A stretch of 64,000 nt of DNA. Source: a virus. Lineage: Duplodnaviria > Caudoviricetes. This document shows, one piece after another, positions 28,127 through 37,703 of the stretch (positions are counted from its first letter, which is position 1; every line of letters starts with the position of its first letter). The DNA is taken from positions 64,001 to 128,000 of the IMG/VR virus record IMGVR_UViG_3300027852_000032. One strand, 5' to 3'. The position numbers were made by a program, and so were the translations under genes. Below the pieces are notes generated by a model. That model had not been told where the DNA came from. It made no database searches and saw only the letters and a program-made list of their open reading frames with translations.

Positions 28127-29821
28127 TTACTCTTTAACTGACCCTTCCATTGCCGTGATCATACTCGGCATGTCTGGGACACCTTTTCCCTCTTCAGTTC
28201 TTTCATTTCTTTTAAAAGACTGATTTGAAAGGTTGCCTCCTCTTCCTAAATAATCAAGTACAGGAGCGACAGGGGAATTCATTCCCGCCAGATTGACCAA
28301 CTGTTCCAATTCAGTAATTTCTTTGGCTGCTAACTGATCTTTAGTAAAAGGGCAGGCCTCGTTTTTTGTTAGTACCCCTATCAAATCCTCTTTCTTTCTG
28401 TTTCTCATTATCAGCCCTTCCCGGAGCATCTCTCCAATCTCCACGGGAGCATTTGCAATAAAATTTTCGGCAGAATTTTCGGCAGAATTTCCGGCATTAC
28501 CATTGGTATTATCATCAGCGTTTGTAGTATCAAGGTTTTTGTCGCCTTTTGTCCCGGTTTTCTGATTGGCCTCAAGATCGGCAATTGTTTTCTGAAAACT
28601 GGCAGTAGTTCTTTCATTAATTTTTGAAACGGTATCAAAAGTTGAATCATCAAGGCCGATCAGAAATTCACGGTCGGTTTCCTGGAAAGTTGATCCCTCA
28701 TTGGAAATCAAAGCATCAATTTTTTCTTTTTTCTTATTCATCGTTGGTGTACCCCCTTCATTTGTTTTTTGTTTACTTGATTGTTTACTTGATTGTTTAT
28801 TTGCTTCTTTATTTGCAGCGGCTACAAATTGCCTTTGTTCCCGGACTTCAGAAGGTGACCCCTTTGGAACTGCAACCTCATCTTTTATCTCAAAGTTCTG
28901 TTTGAATAATTTGGTACCTTGCCCTTCTCCCCTCGCCTCATAAACGAAGTAATTCTCCTCCGTATAAACCGCAACTATATAGTGATAAGTTCCTGACTGA
29001 GGTTGTCCCTGAGTATCAAGCTGATCAACTTTAAGCTGCAATTGATCCCTTATCTCTCTATCGGAAACCCCATTATCAGTCAGCCGATTGCCAAAGAAAC
29101 TTGCCAAACTGGCAAGGCGTCGTGTTACCCAACTTTTCTTGGCTGGATCACCAAGACAGGTAATGAGGTCCTCCCCTGTTTTTTTCGCATCCTCTATTGT
29201 CAAAATTTTCGGCATCGCTCCCTCTCCCCCTTTATTTTCTTTTTGTTGTTCTTTTTTATTGAGTCTAACTCCGCAACCATCTTCCCAACTGCAAGCACCT
29301 TGTTGCCCCGGCAATAACGCTAAATGATCAGGAACAATATGTCTTACAACCCCTTCATAATTCTCTTCTTGCCATACACCTGAAGAATCATCATCATCTG
29401 AATAGAGACCTGTTGAAACGTCCATATTAATATTACCCGATTGCAAATCACTAATTATTCCCTCATGGATTTTCTCTGCTTTCTGGATATCTATCCATGC
29501 TTCCGCCCTCAACCTCCCTTGGTCATCAACTGTAGTATTATATATTCTTCCGGCGTTATACCTTTCAATTATTTCAGGAGAATTACAAGAAACAGGGTCA
29601 CCATTATCATCTGTAGGGTGAATGATAGGGACAGGCATCCCATTCCATGCTTGATAATTAGCGGAGAACTCTTCTTTGAGGTAAAGTTTCGGTCCGTCTG
29701 ATCCACTATGGACACCTTCCACCATCATAATAACAGGGACGACCAAATGATTGCGACCTTCGTGAATTTCCGTTCTTGAAACAGCGCTACTCACTTTAAA
29801 TTTGATTCCATGTATTTTCAT
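28127..29821 (-). CDS. DUF2213 prohead protease-scaffold fusion
   Basis: HLVVPVIMMVEGV, W.G.PV..IHP, DVSTG, PDHLALLP..GACS..DGCG; acidic/coiled C-terminal scaffold. Confidence 0.85.
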   Translation of the reverse strand: MKIHGIKFKVSSAVSRTEIHEGRNHLVVPVIMMVEGVHSGSDGPKLYLKEEFSANYQAWNGMPVPIIHPTDDNGDPVSCNSPEIIERYNAGRIYNTTVDDQGRLRAEAWIDIQKAEKIHEGIISDLQSGNINMDVSTGLYSDDDDSSGVWQEENYEGVVRHIVPDHLALLPGQQGACSWEDGCGVRLNKKEQQKENKGGEGAMPKILTIEDAKKTGEDLITCLGDPAKKSWVTRRLASLASFFGNRLTDNGVSDREIRDQLQLKVDQLDTQGQPQSGTYHYIVAVYTEENYFVYEARGEGQGTKLFKQNFEIKDEVAVPKGSPSEVREQRQFVAAANKEANKQSSKQSSKQKTNEGGTPTMNKKKEKIDALISNEGSTFQETDREFLIGLDDSTFDTVSKINERTTASFQKTIADLEANQKTGTKGDKNLDTTNADDNTNGNAGNSAENSAENFIANAPVEIGEMLREGLIMRNRKKEDLIGVLTKNEACPFTKDQLAAKEITELEQLVNLAGMNSPVAPVLDYLGRGGNLSNQSFKRNERTEEGKGVPDMPSMITAMEGSVKE

Positions 29822-29835
29822 CTTCACCCTCTTTA

Positions 29836-30816
29836 TTACACTTGCACAGGAATTGCTACGCACCTACAATTTGGATGGCGAGGAATCATTCCCTCTATCT
29901 CTTCAAGCGTAAAAGTTTGCCCTGCAAGACCTGCACAAATTGGACAAACGTTAAATCCCGCGGTTCCCCATTCAACTTTGACCTTGACTCCTTGTACACC
30001 CCATTGCCTAAATTCGTTTATATTTGCTACATGATGGGCACGAATAACTTCTGTTCTTGCCATTGTTTTCGCCCTATTTATTGCTCTCATCCCGCTTGCC
30101 GCTTCTGTTCCATTCTCCTCAAAAACATCGCTTAAAGTTCGGGCGATAACTAAAGGGCTTTTTCCTTCCATCAATCCTTGCGATAGAATTCTACTGATTT
30201 GTTGATCCATTATTTGATCAATGCCCTTTAGCTCGCTAAAAGTCCGAGTATATAATACCCCTATTCTATCAGCATGCATTGGTTGATTCATCACAGCTGA
30301 GATGGCAAGGTTATCATCTGGTTCCAGCGCAGGAATAGAGGAGTCATTTTTCCTTAATTCTTGCCTACCCCTAAGTATTCCTTTTTGATAAGCTGCATGA
30401 ACCCATATATCTGTCCATGCTTCTTCAAAACCCCGTAATGCTCCCGGCCTTCTGGTTATTTCTAAAACCCCTCTTTCTTCTTGTTCATTCAACCAATCCA
30501 TAAACTTTTCGATTTTGGTTGAGGTACGGGGGAAAGCGAATTGATCTGGCTCTGCTAAAACAGGGTCAGATAATGTTAAGATTCGGCTCCTAAAAGGGGT
30601 TTCTTCTGTTAACCCAAAACAATCATTATCAACTATACTCACCTTTATGGCGGTTCTTAGTTTTTTGAATCGTGAAGAACAAGCTCGAGCAAAACCGTTT
30701 CTTATTTGGGTCGTTTTAGTAGGGTCTCTTCTAAACGCAAGATTCAAAAAAGGATGTTTTCTTTCTACCCCTTCATTTAAGTTTACGACTTGTCGGGAAC
30801 AATTACAAGAACTCAT
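29836..30816 (-). CDS. Mu gpF/SPP1 gp7-like head morphogenesis protein
   Basis: ARTEVIRAH, VCPIC, IPRHPNCRC. Confidence 0.9.
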   Translation of the reverse strand: MSSCNCSRQVVNLNEGVERKHPFLNLAFRRDPTKTTQIRNGFARACSSRFKKLRTAIKVSIVDNDCFGLTEETPFRSRILTLSDPVLAEPDQFAFPRTSTKIEKFMDWLNEQEERGVLEITRRPGALRGFEEAWTDIWVHAAYQKGILRGRQELRKNDSSIPALEPDDNLAISAVMNQPMHADRIGVLYTRTFSELKGIDQIMDQQISRILSQGLMEGKSPLVIARTLSDVFEENGTEAASGMRAINRAKTMARTEVIRAHHVANINEFRQWGVQGVKVKVEWGTAGFNVCPICAGLAGQTFTLEEIEGMIPRHPNCRCVAIPVQV

Positions 30817-30818
30817 TA

Positions 30819-32285
30819 TTACCCCTCTCCCCCAGGAATAGGGGCCATAGGGATTTGTGTTTGCCTCAATCTTTGCTCCCTTATCAACTCCTCTTCCTCT
30901 TTAATTGATAGCTCATCGATATAGCCTTCCAGTATTGTTTCAATTTCCTGAATTCTATCATCATCATACTCAAGGAAATCACGTAAAAAGATTTCAGGAG
31001 GAATAATCTCATCAGCTCCTTGAGCATTCACATATTTCGATAGCGCATCCGTTTTTTTAACCGCCGTTTCTGCTCTATCTTTTTCCCCAGGGGTAAATAG
31101 ACTCGGCCAAGTAATACTATATCCTTCCTCGCTCGGGGGAGTCAGTACCCCTACATCTATCAACTTATCAACAAACCTTCGTAAAATCATAGGCTCGGCA
31201 TAATTTTCCCTTCTTTCATCAACTCTTGAGTTCCAATTAGTCTCATCTTGACTACTGGCTAACTCCCCTCTTTCTGACCCCTCTAAAATTCTTTTTGGGA
31301 TACCTGTTGTTGCAGAGATCAAAGTTAATTGGACATCCACATGATCTTTTGGGGAAGAGACTTGAGGGGAAAGGGTCTGGACATCTAAACCCTGAGTCCT
31401 TATGAACCTCTGTAGCCCATGCACATAACTATCAATTTGATTTTTTAAATCATCTGTATCGACTGTTTCAACATCCGCCTCAGAATCGATCTTGAAGTTA
31501 AAACCGGGCAACGCTCCCCTCCAAAACATTTCCCCTGAACCACCGGCCACTGTTTCAAGATCCTGAAGCCGATTAAGGATAGCCTCTAATCTTGGGGTAC
31601 CATATACATCGTTTTCATCTGTATCTTCGGCAAGATGAAGAATTCTCGAATGATGGACATTAATCGTTTGGGTACCTGTCCTTTTAAAGTTACGCATCGT
31701 GACCTGGTATATGTCAGGAAGCCCGTATCTTTCTGACTGGGGGTTAACGTCCCATGCCTGGATTCTAACGTACTTCTCGGAGTAAGGCATTAAGAATAAT
31801 AATTTCCGTTCCGCTCCTTGTGTCGGGGCAATAACTTCCTCTGATAAGTTCTCCGCTCCATCATTCAGCCCTAATAGCAAAATACCGAACCTTCCTATCC
31901 CAGATATTCTGTCCGCTCTCGAAAGATAATGATAAATATGCTTATCTTTTACCAATAAAGCCCATTCTTTTTCGAACGGAGTATCTATTTTTTTCACGTC
32001 TCCTTTTAATTCTGAGAGGGTAGGTTGTAGCCTCCATGTTGCGTCAACAGGCGCCTTTATGATTCTTTTTCCAATATCCCCCCTTTTATACCTTACCCAA
32101 TAATCATCAAAAACAGGATTTTTAATGTAGCCCAAAGCATTGTAGATGTCTCGTTTGGCTGTTCCTGTTCTTTCACTATACCATGATCTTCCTAAACGAT
32201 CAGAAAAAGCTCTGCCAAGAAGTTCATTAACAGCGTTGTTGATCATTCTCGAATTTTTAAAATCTATCTTTTTTGTATCAGCCAT
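30819..32285 (-). CDS. Portal protein (DUF1073 family)
   Basis: RII.APVDATWR, VHHSRILH, TGIPKRIL.GSE.G.LAS..D motifs; directly after terL. Confidence 0.85.
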   Translation of the reverse strand: MADTKKIDFKNSRMINNAVNELLGRAFSDRLGRSWYSERTGTAKRDIYNALGYIKNPVFDDYWVRYKRGDIGKRIIKAPVDATWRLQPTLSELKGDVKKIDTPFEKEWALLVKDKHIYHYLSRADRISGIGRFGILLLGLNDGAENLSEEVIAPTQGAERKLLFLMPYSEKYVRIQAWDVNPQSERYGLPDIYQVTMRNFKRTGTQTINVHHSRILHLAEDTDENDVYGTPRLEAILNRLQDLETVAGGSGEMFWRGALPGFNFKIDSEADVETVDTDDLKNQIDSYVHGLQRFIRTQGLDVQTLSPQVSSPKDHVDVQLTLISATTGIPKRILEGSERGELASSQDETNWNSRVDERRENYAEPMILRRFVDKLIDVGVLTPPSEEGYSITWPSLFTPGEKDRAETAVKKTDALSKYVNAQGADEIIPPEIFLRDFLEYDDDRIQEIETILEGYIDELSIKEEEELIREQRLRQTQIPMAPIPGGEG

Positions 32286-32291
32286 AATCTT

Positions 32292-33737
32292 TTACCAAGT
32301 CCCCGCTCTCTTTTTCTTCCCTTTTACATTTAGATAATTAAAAGCGCCAGAAGCACTATCCCATTGATCCTGAAAAGCTCCCGCTGGTGCGATTTCATGT
32401 TCATCAATAAATGCTTGTGTCCACTCTCCTATAACGACTTCTACTAATTTGTTCTCAATAAAAGATTGATAAGGCTCCGATCTGCTGATTTTATTTGTTG
32501 TTGCGGGATCTCTTTTAGCTACATGCCCAATCAAGCCTCTAACTGTATTTTCCGCACTCTCTTTTCCTCCTGACCCACCTTCTTGCTCCACTACTACATG
32601 AACCCTCAAGTCCTTCCACCTTTGATCATCAAGTTCAGCTGTTTGTTTGATAATGTTTTCCCTCTTTCCTGCTGACCATTGACCCTTTCGACAGTCACAA
32701 ATTCTAACACAACCTGATTTCATCTTCACCATCAATGTTCCCGCGGTTCTTTTACCCCCTCCTTCCGTTCCCGCTTTATCCCAATATCTGACGGCTTTCG
32801 TTATCAAGTTACGGTGGGGGATCTCATTAACTAATTGAAAATGATCAATCTTAAATATGTTTCCCCCTCTGGAGGCCGGTCTTTGTTGTAATTGCCCGGC
32901 CTGGGCATGTTTTGTCATTTCTGACTCTAAAGTGCTAAGTGCTTTATCATGATATAGCCCCGGCCACAGGGGGTCGTTATCTTCTTTTCTCCAATCTTTT
33001 TTTAATAGAGGTGTACTAACGGGTGTTGGATGGGACTTCTCAAACCTTGCGGGCAAACATAGATGAACATAATCTATATCTTTCGCCAGTACATGCCCTG
33101 ATAAATCCCTTTCGTGTATTCTTTGCATCACAATAACCTTCGCAGATTTTTCAGGATGATTAACTCGGGTACTCATGGACTCATCCCACCAACGCAAAGT
33201 CATCAACCTATCTAACTCGCTTTCCCCTTTAATAACATTATGGGGATCATCAACGGTAATTCTATCTCCTCCTTCTCCTGTGCCTACACCTCTAATTGAA
33301 GTAGATAAACGATAACCATGATTATCATTCTCAAACCTTGTCTTTTGATTTTGATCCCCTGCTATCTTAAAACGATGCCCCCATCTACTTTGGTACCAAG
33401 TTGACTGGATCAACCTTCTACACTTGAGGGAATCTCGTGTAGAAAGAGTTTCTGCGTAAGATGAACAAAGCCACCGAGTATGGGGCATATTCATTGGTCC
33501 CCATTCCCAAGTCGGCCACATTACACTCACTAAAAGGGACTTCATATGTCGAGGGGGAAGGTTAATAAGTAAACGGGTAATTTGCCCTTTTGTGACAGCC
33601 TCTAAATGTTCACAAAGACAATCAATATGATACCCATCAATAAAAGGCGTATTGGGCTCGAGTATTTCCCAAGCTTGTTTAGTGTAATGTTTTAACCGTT
33701 TTTCCGCCAGGAGCATATCCGCTCCCATCCCCTGCAT
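32292..33737 (-). CDS. terL: Terminase large subunit
   Basis: LLINLPPRHMKS Walker A, ITVDDPH Walker B, VMQR, RYWDKA nuclease, DQWD; start chosen after AAGGAG RBS. Confidence 0.95.
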   Translation of the reverse strand: MQGMGADMLLAEKRLKHYTKQAWEILEPNTPFIDGYHIDCLCEHLEAVTKGQITRLLINLPPRHMKSLLVSVMWPTWEWGPMNMPHTRWLCSSYAETLSTRDSLKCRRLIQSTWYQSRWGHRFKIAGDQNQKTRFENDNHGYRLSTSIRGVGTGEGGDRITVDDPHNVIKGESELDRLMTLRWWDESMSTRVNHPEKSAKVIVMQRIHERDLSGHVLAKDIDYVHLCLPARFEKSHPTPVSTPLLKKDWRKEDNDPLWPGLYHDKALSTLESEMTKHAQAGQLQQRPASRGGNIFKIDHFQLVNEIPHRNLITKAVRYWDKAGTEGGGKRTAGTLMVKMKSGCVRICDCRKGQWSAGKRENIIKQTAELDDQRWKDLRVHVVVEQEGGSGGKESAENTVRGLIGHVAKRDPATTNKISRSEPYQSFIENKLVEVVIGEWTQAFIDEHEIAPAGAFQDQWDSASGAFNYLNVKGKKKRAGTW

Positions 33738-34500
33738 TATCAACTCCTTTATCAACTCCGTCTCTGTCACTTGTGGGATCAACTGCCTTTCGCATGATTC
33801 TTGATAACGCAATTAAATCCTCCTCTGAAAGATTCTGCAGTTTAGCTTTTCTTTCTCGTAACTCATAAATAAGGGGATCAGTAAAACCTGATCTCTCTTG
33901 GAACATACCTAAATGTTTTCCAAGACTCATCAATGCTGATTGTTTTCCGTCATGATGTACTTTTTTCAACCGCCCTTTATTTGCTTTCCCATCATGAAAA
34001 TCAACACCTGTTATAGCTGCCGCTTCCCGCCTTGTTAATGATGATATATTTTTTAAAACTCCATTTGGAAGATATAAATCTTTAATATTGAAAAAAGCAA
34101 TTGATGCAATTTCTTGTAATACTCTTTCTTGGGATATTTCTAATCTTCTTGCTCGCTTGTATTGAAGATAAGATATTCTTTCAAGGACCTCTGGTTTTGC
34201 CATCAACCCATAAATATAAGATGAAGCTGTTCCTTTTTTATACCCTGCTCTTTCCCCCGCATCTTTTATACACAAATCTATCAAATACTCTTGGCAAAAC
34301 CTTTCTGTCTTCCCTGTTGTCAATGGTTTACTTCCCGGGATTTCCTTAGAGTTTTTCTTGCTATTATTATTATTATCTCTATAGTACCATTCACTTCTCA
34401 AACGGGTAAATTTTTTTATCTTTTTATCATCAACTTTTTTTATCTTTTTTTTGTCTCCTTTATTTCTCTTATGTGTATATTTATTTGTTCGTTTCATCAT
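33679..34500 (-). CDS. terS: Terminase small subunit
   Basis: RFCQEYLID....A..RAGY HTH; VLQEIASIAF; K..AL..LGKHLGMF. Confidence 0.9.
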   Translation of the reverse strand: MMKRTNKYTHKRNKGDKKKIKKVDDKKIKKFTRLRSEWYYRDNNNNSKKNSKEIPGSKPLTTGKTERFCQEYLIDLCIKDAGERAGYKKGTASSYIYGLMAKPEVLERISYLQYKRARRLEISQERVLQEIASIAFFNIKDLYLPNGVLKNISSLTRREAAAITGVDFHDGKANKGRLKKVHHDGKQSALMSLGKHLGMFQERSGFTDPLIYELRERKAKLQNLSEEDLIALSRIMRKAVDPTSDRDGVDKGVDNAGDGSGYAPGGKTVKTLH

Positions 34501-34719
34501 AACATCTACTATCGCCCTTTTATCTATTTTGTTCTGTCTATTTTTTGTTTATCCTCGTTAAATAATTTTTCGTACTATAATAGATAAATATAATAAGAAT
34601 TATTTAACGGGGATAGTTTTTTACCTCTTTTGACAGAGTTTTTTTTATCGGGTAACATTCAAGTAATATTTCTCAGTATACCCCGGGACTTTAAATAATA
34701 AAAGGGTTTTTTTATTTTG

Positions 34720-35382
34720 TTATTTTATTGGTTTATCTATTGGTTTATCTATTGGTTTATCTATTGGTTTATCTATTGGTTTATCTATTCTCGAGACTCC
34801 TTTATCTATTTTAACCTGAAAAATCTTATCTCCTCCTTTGATAAGTGATGCTGAATGGGTAACAAGAATAATTTGGAGGTTTAATTTTTCAGATATTTCT
34901 TTCAGCATTATACTTGCTTTTTCCTGATACTCTTGGCTAACGAATCTAAAAGGCTCATCAAGTATCAAGGTGTTTCTTGCCTTTGGTTGCGATAACGACC
35001 AAATGGTTATTCTTAATGCCATTGCCGCAATATCAATCGCGCCTCCCCCTGAGCTTAAAAGGGGGTCAAATGTTTCTCCTCTTCTTTCGAATAATAATTT
35101 GCATTCTGTTTTCCCTCTTTTTGTTATAAAATTAGATTTAAATTTATAGGGGTCATCAAACACTGCTGTCAAAGCTAAACTAACAATTTCAGATACCCTG
35201 TACTCTAACTCCTTTTGTGTTTTTTGAGCAACGAGCTGGACAATTAATTGCGCTTGCTCTGTATCAATAATTTCGTTCTCAATCATTTCATGTTTTTCTT
35301 GAGCAATCTTCAAATCGTTTTGAATTTGGATTCTCATCCCTTTTTTTTGTTCGATTTTTTGACGGTATTGGCTCAAGTCCAT
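34720..35382 (-). CDS. SbcC/Rad50 C-terminal half (split ATPase)
   Basis: SSGGG signature, LILDEP Walker B, LVTH; no Walker A. Confidence 0.85.
   Translation of the reverse strand: MDLSQYRQKIEQKKGMRIQIQNDLKIAQEKHEMIENEIIDTEQAQLIVQLVAQKTQKELEYRVSEIVSLALTAVFDDPYKFKSNFITKRGKTECKLLFERRGETFDPLLSSGGGAIDIAAMALRITIWSLSQPKARNTLILDEPFRFVSQEYQEKASIMLKEISEKLNLQIILVTHSASLIKGGDKIFQVKIDKGVSRIDKPIDKPIDKPIDKPIDKPIK
34726..34785. repeat. 12-bp tandem repeat x5 encoding (IDKP)n
   Basis: TATTGGTTTATC repeated at the 3' end of the gene. Confidence 0.95.
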
Positions 35383-35615
35383 TCAAATTTCTCCTCTAAA
35401 GATTTTACCCCTTTCTCAAGCTCAGATTCTTTTTTATCTAAATCTTTGCTCATCTTTTTTAATTTCTCTTCAGCTTCCTTAAGAGTGTTACATTTAAACT
35501 CTTTTTTCAAAGCCTCATATAACTGATCTTTTCTTCCTTTGAGTCTATCAATATCAGTTTTGGCGGTATCAATTCTTTCTTTCATACTCAAAAGTTTTTT
35601 AGATATATCACTCAT
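35373..35615 (-). CDS. Small coiled-coil protein (possible third SbcC piece)
   Basis: 80 aa of heptads, overlapping the SbcC C-half start. Confidence 0.65.
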   Translation of the reverse strand: MSDISKKLLSMKERIDTAKTDIDRLKGRKDQLYEALKKEFKCNTLKEAEEKLKKMSKDLDKKESELEKGVKSLEEKFEWT

Positions 35616-35640
35616 TTATCCCTCTCTTTTATTTTCTACG

Positions 35641-36027
35641 TTACGCTAAACTTTTAAAAATTTCTTGGAAGGTTTTCTTTCTTTTTTCTTTGTCCTCAAT
35701 TACAGGGTGGGTGAGCATTTCATCTGTTGCGTCTTTCCATTGTCTTAACCCTCTTTCATCATCTACACAAATAATATTGATCGTTACTACCCCTATATCG
35801 AAATAAAACCCTGTATAATTCCCTTCTCTCATCTTTTCGTTTTGATATATTGGAATATCATGGGACTCCAATATATCTGATATGGTCTTTGCATCTGTAA
35901 ATAACATAACTATATCTACATCACTGCTTGCCGTGACCGGTCCATATACCTGAGTTCCTGTAAGAGCAAACTTTATTTGCTCGGACTGTTTTTTTATCTT
36001 TTTTTTCATTCTTTTCATAACCTCCAT
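35641..36027 (-). CDS. Minimal nucleotidyltransferase-like (Pol beta superfamily)
   Basis: LTGTQVYG.....SDVDIV matches hG[S/T]x8-10DhD. Confidence 0.6.
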   Translation of the reverse strand: MEVMKRMKKKIKKQSEQIKFALTGTQVYGPVTASSDVDIVMLFTDAKTISDILESHDIPIYQNEKMREGNYTGFYFDIGVVTINIICVDDERGLRQWKDATDEMLTHPVIEDKEKRKKTFQEIFKSLA

Positions 36028-36212
36028 TTATATTTACAATAACAAGCGACAATTACAAGGATGATTCTTTTTATACCTCTGTTATTCGTTTTCCTCAATC
36101 TCCTTTTTTCTAAACTGACACGAATTACATTCCCATATCCCGTCATATAGCTCAATGCTTCCCCCACATTCACAGGGGTAACTCTCTCGTTCATTTTCAG
36201 GAATTTCATCAA
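36015..36212 (-). CDS. Hypothetical protein
   Basis: 65 aa with AGGAG RBS. Confidence 0.45.
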   Translation of the reverse strand: MMKFLKMNERVTPVNVGEALSYMTGYGNVIRVSLEKRRLRKTNNRGIKRIILVIVACYCKYKWRL

Positions 36213-36221
36213 AAGACATAA

Positions 36222-36476
36222 TTATCTCCTTTTGCCCGATCTTTCAGTGGCTGTATTACCCCCCATAACAATTAATTCAACAGAGACGTTTTTTATCTGT
36301 CCATCGGGCATTTCAACAATCGCTGTTGAGAAGTTTCCAACTCCTTCCGGTAACTCTTCGTAAGCACAGCCGAACGCTCGAAAAATTCCCTCTCCAATTG
36401 CCACTTTACTAAGTGACCCGCCACCCGCACCCCTTATATATTTATATTCGTGAACAACAACTTTTCTTCCTTTCAT
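36222..36476 (-). CDS. Hypothetical phage protein
   Basis: G.F..FG..YEE....GNFSTAIVE.PDG motif seen in small phage proteins; AGGAG RBS before MKGRK. Confidence 0.65.
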   Translation of the reverse strand: MKGRKVVVHEYKYIRGAGGGSLSKVAIGEGIFRAFGCAYEELPEGVGNFSTAIVEMPDGQIKNVSVELIVMGGNTATERSGKRR

Positions 36477-36492
36477 TTTAGTTTTCTCCTGT

Positions 36493-36804
36493 TTACCAAT
36501 CGCTGTCACAATCCGTCTTGTCACAATCTTGTATATAAACCCGTATACCACAATATGCTTTAACGACCCTGTGACAGTGTAGACATCTGAAATTCTTTAC
36601 CCCTGCGCCATAGGCTGTTGTATGTCCGTACACTACTTCTGGTACAAAGTGTTCTTTCCCACAATATGGGCATCTCATTTTCTTTCCTTTAACTTTGTTA
36701 TAGTTTGGATAAGTCTCTTGTTTTTTGTATTGTGGATTGAAGTTGCTCTGCTTTTTTCTATTGGCAGCCCTTTTAACTAACCTTAACATTCTACCGCTTC
36801 CCAT
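36493..36804 (-). CDS. Zinc-ribbon hypothetical protein
   Basis: CPYC...CLHC; start may be 36678. Confidence 0.55.
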   Translation of the reverse strand: MGSGRMLRLVKRAANRKKQSNFNPQYKKQETYPNYNKVKGKKMRCPYCGKEHFVPEVVYGHTTAYGAGVKNFRCLHCHRVVKAYCGIRVYIQDCDKTDCDSDW

Positions 36805-37703
36805 ATTTTATTCTGAACTGCTTTTTTTGTTCGGTTTACTTTAAAGTATTCCTCAAGGTTTTTCTCAAAAGATAACTCGATTTCAAAATCATCTTTTATT
36901 CGGGTTACAAACTTATCCATCCTAATATCCCTTTGCTTTTTATCCTCAAGATGGGTTCGAGTTATAACCTTCTTTTTAACCGGTAAATGAACAAATTCAA
37001 TCTTATTGGTATTAGAAAACCATTTATATACTCGAGGGAGATAATCAATTTGAGCCGCCGTCATTCTCATCATGGAGCCAGCATTAACCAGTAATCTCCC
37101 TTCGTACTCGGCCACAAAAGGGTTATGGTTGTCTCCTGTTACTATGAGTTCATATTGTGGAAATTTTTTTAATAACTGGTTTCCTTTTGGAGCTTGTTGC
37201 CCCGGCCATAAGGGTTTTTTTTCAATCACCATTTGATGAACCATTGCAATCTTGGGATACGAGCAATTATCATCTTCTGGTTTTTGTACCTGTACCCCAT
37301 ACGGGAAAGGGTACAGGTCGAATTCCCCGTTAACCGTTCTTTTTTCATTAGCTATCGATATCAAACCACCGGCATTAAGAACCCCGCATCCACTTTTTTC
37401 CACATATTTCAATCTATGTTCAGGCAAGTCATGTTGCCCGGGAATTACTATTATTTCTACATTATTTTTGCTTATCACATTTATTGTTTTTTCCAGCAAC
37501 CAGTTAGGCCACTGACTTTTGTCCCCTACGTCTCCGGCGACCAATAAAGGGCAATTGTTTTCCTCGCATAAACCAAGGATGAAATCAAGTTTTCGAAATT
37601 GCGCTGATAAATAATCGTCCGTTCTGCATAAAGGGGTATCAGCCCGAAGATGCAAATCTGCAGCAAGAATGGCCGATGCTTTTTCTTTCTTTTTCCTTTT
37701 CAT
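36783..37703 (-). CDS. SbcD/Mre11-like metallophosphoesterase nuclease
   Basis: ADLH, AGDV, PGQHD, MVH, GDNH, NAGS motifs. Confidence 0.92.
   Translation of the reverse strand: MKRKKKEKASAILAADLHLRADTPLCRTDDYLSAQFRKLDFILGLCEENNCPLLVAGDVGDKSQWPNWLLEKTINVISKNNVEIIVIPGQHDLPEHRLKYVEKSGCGVLNAGGLISIANEKRTVNGEFDLYPFPYGVQVQKPEDDNCSYPKIAMVHQMVIEKKPLWPGQQAPKGNQLLKKFPQYELIVTGDNHNPFVAEYEGRLLVNAGSMMRMTAAQIDYLPRVYKWFSNTNKIEFVHLPVKKKVITRTHLEDKKQRDIRMDKFVTRIKDDFEIELSFEKNLEEYFKVNRTKKAVQNKIWEAVEC

Noticed and set aside
30819-32285. Anti-CBASS Acb1 label often attached to DUF1073 proteins
   Set aside because: Size, motifs and position between terL and the gpF-like gene indicate a portal; no 2H-phosphoesterase HxT motif pair was noticed.
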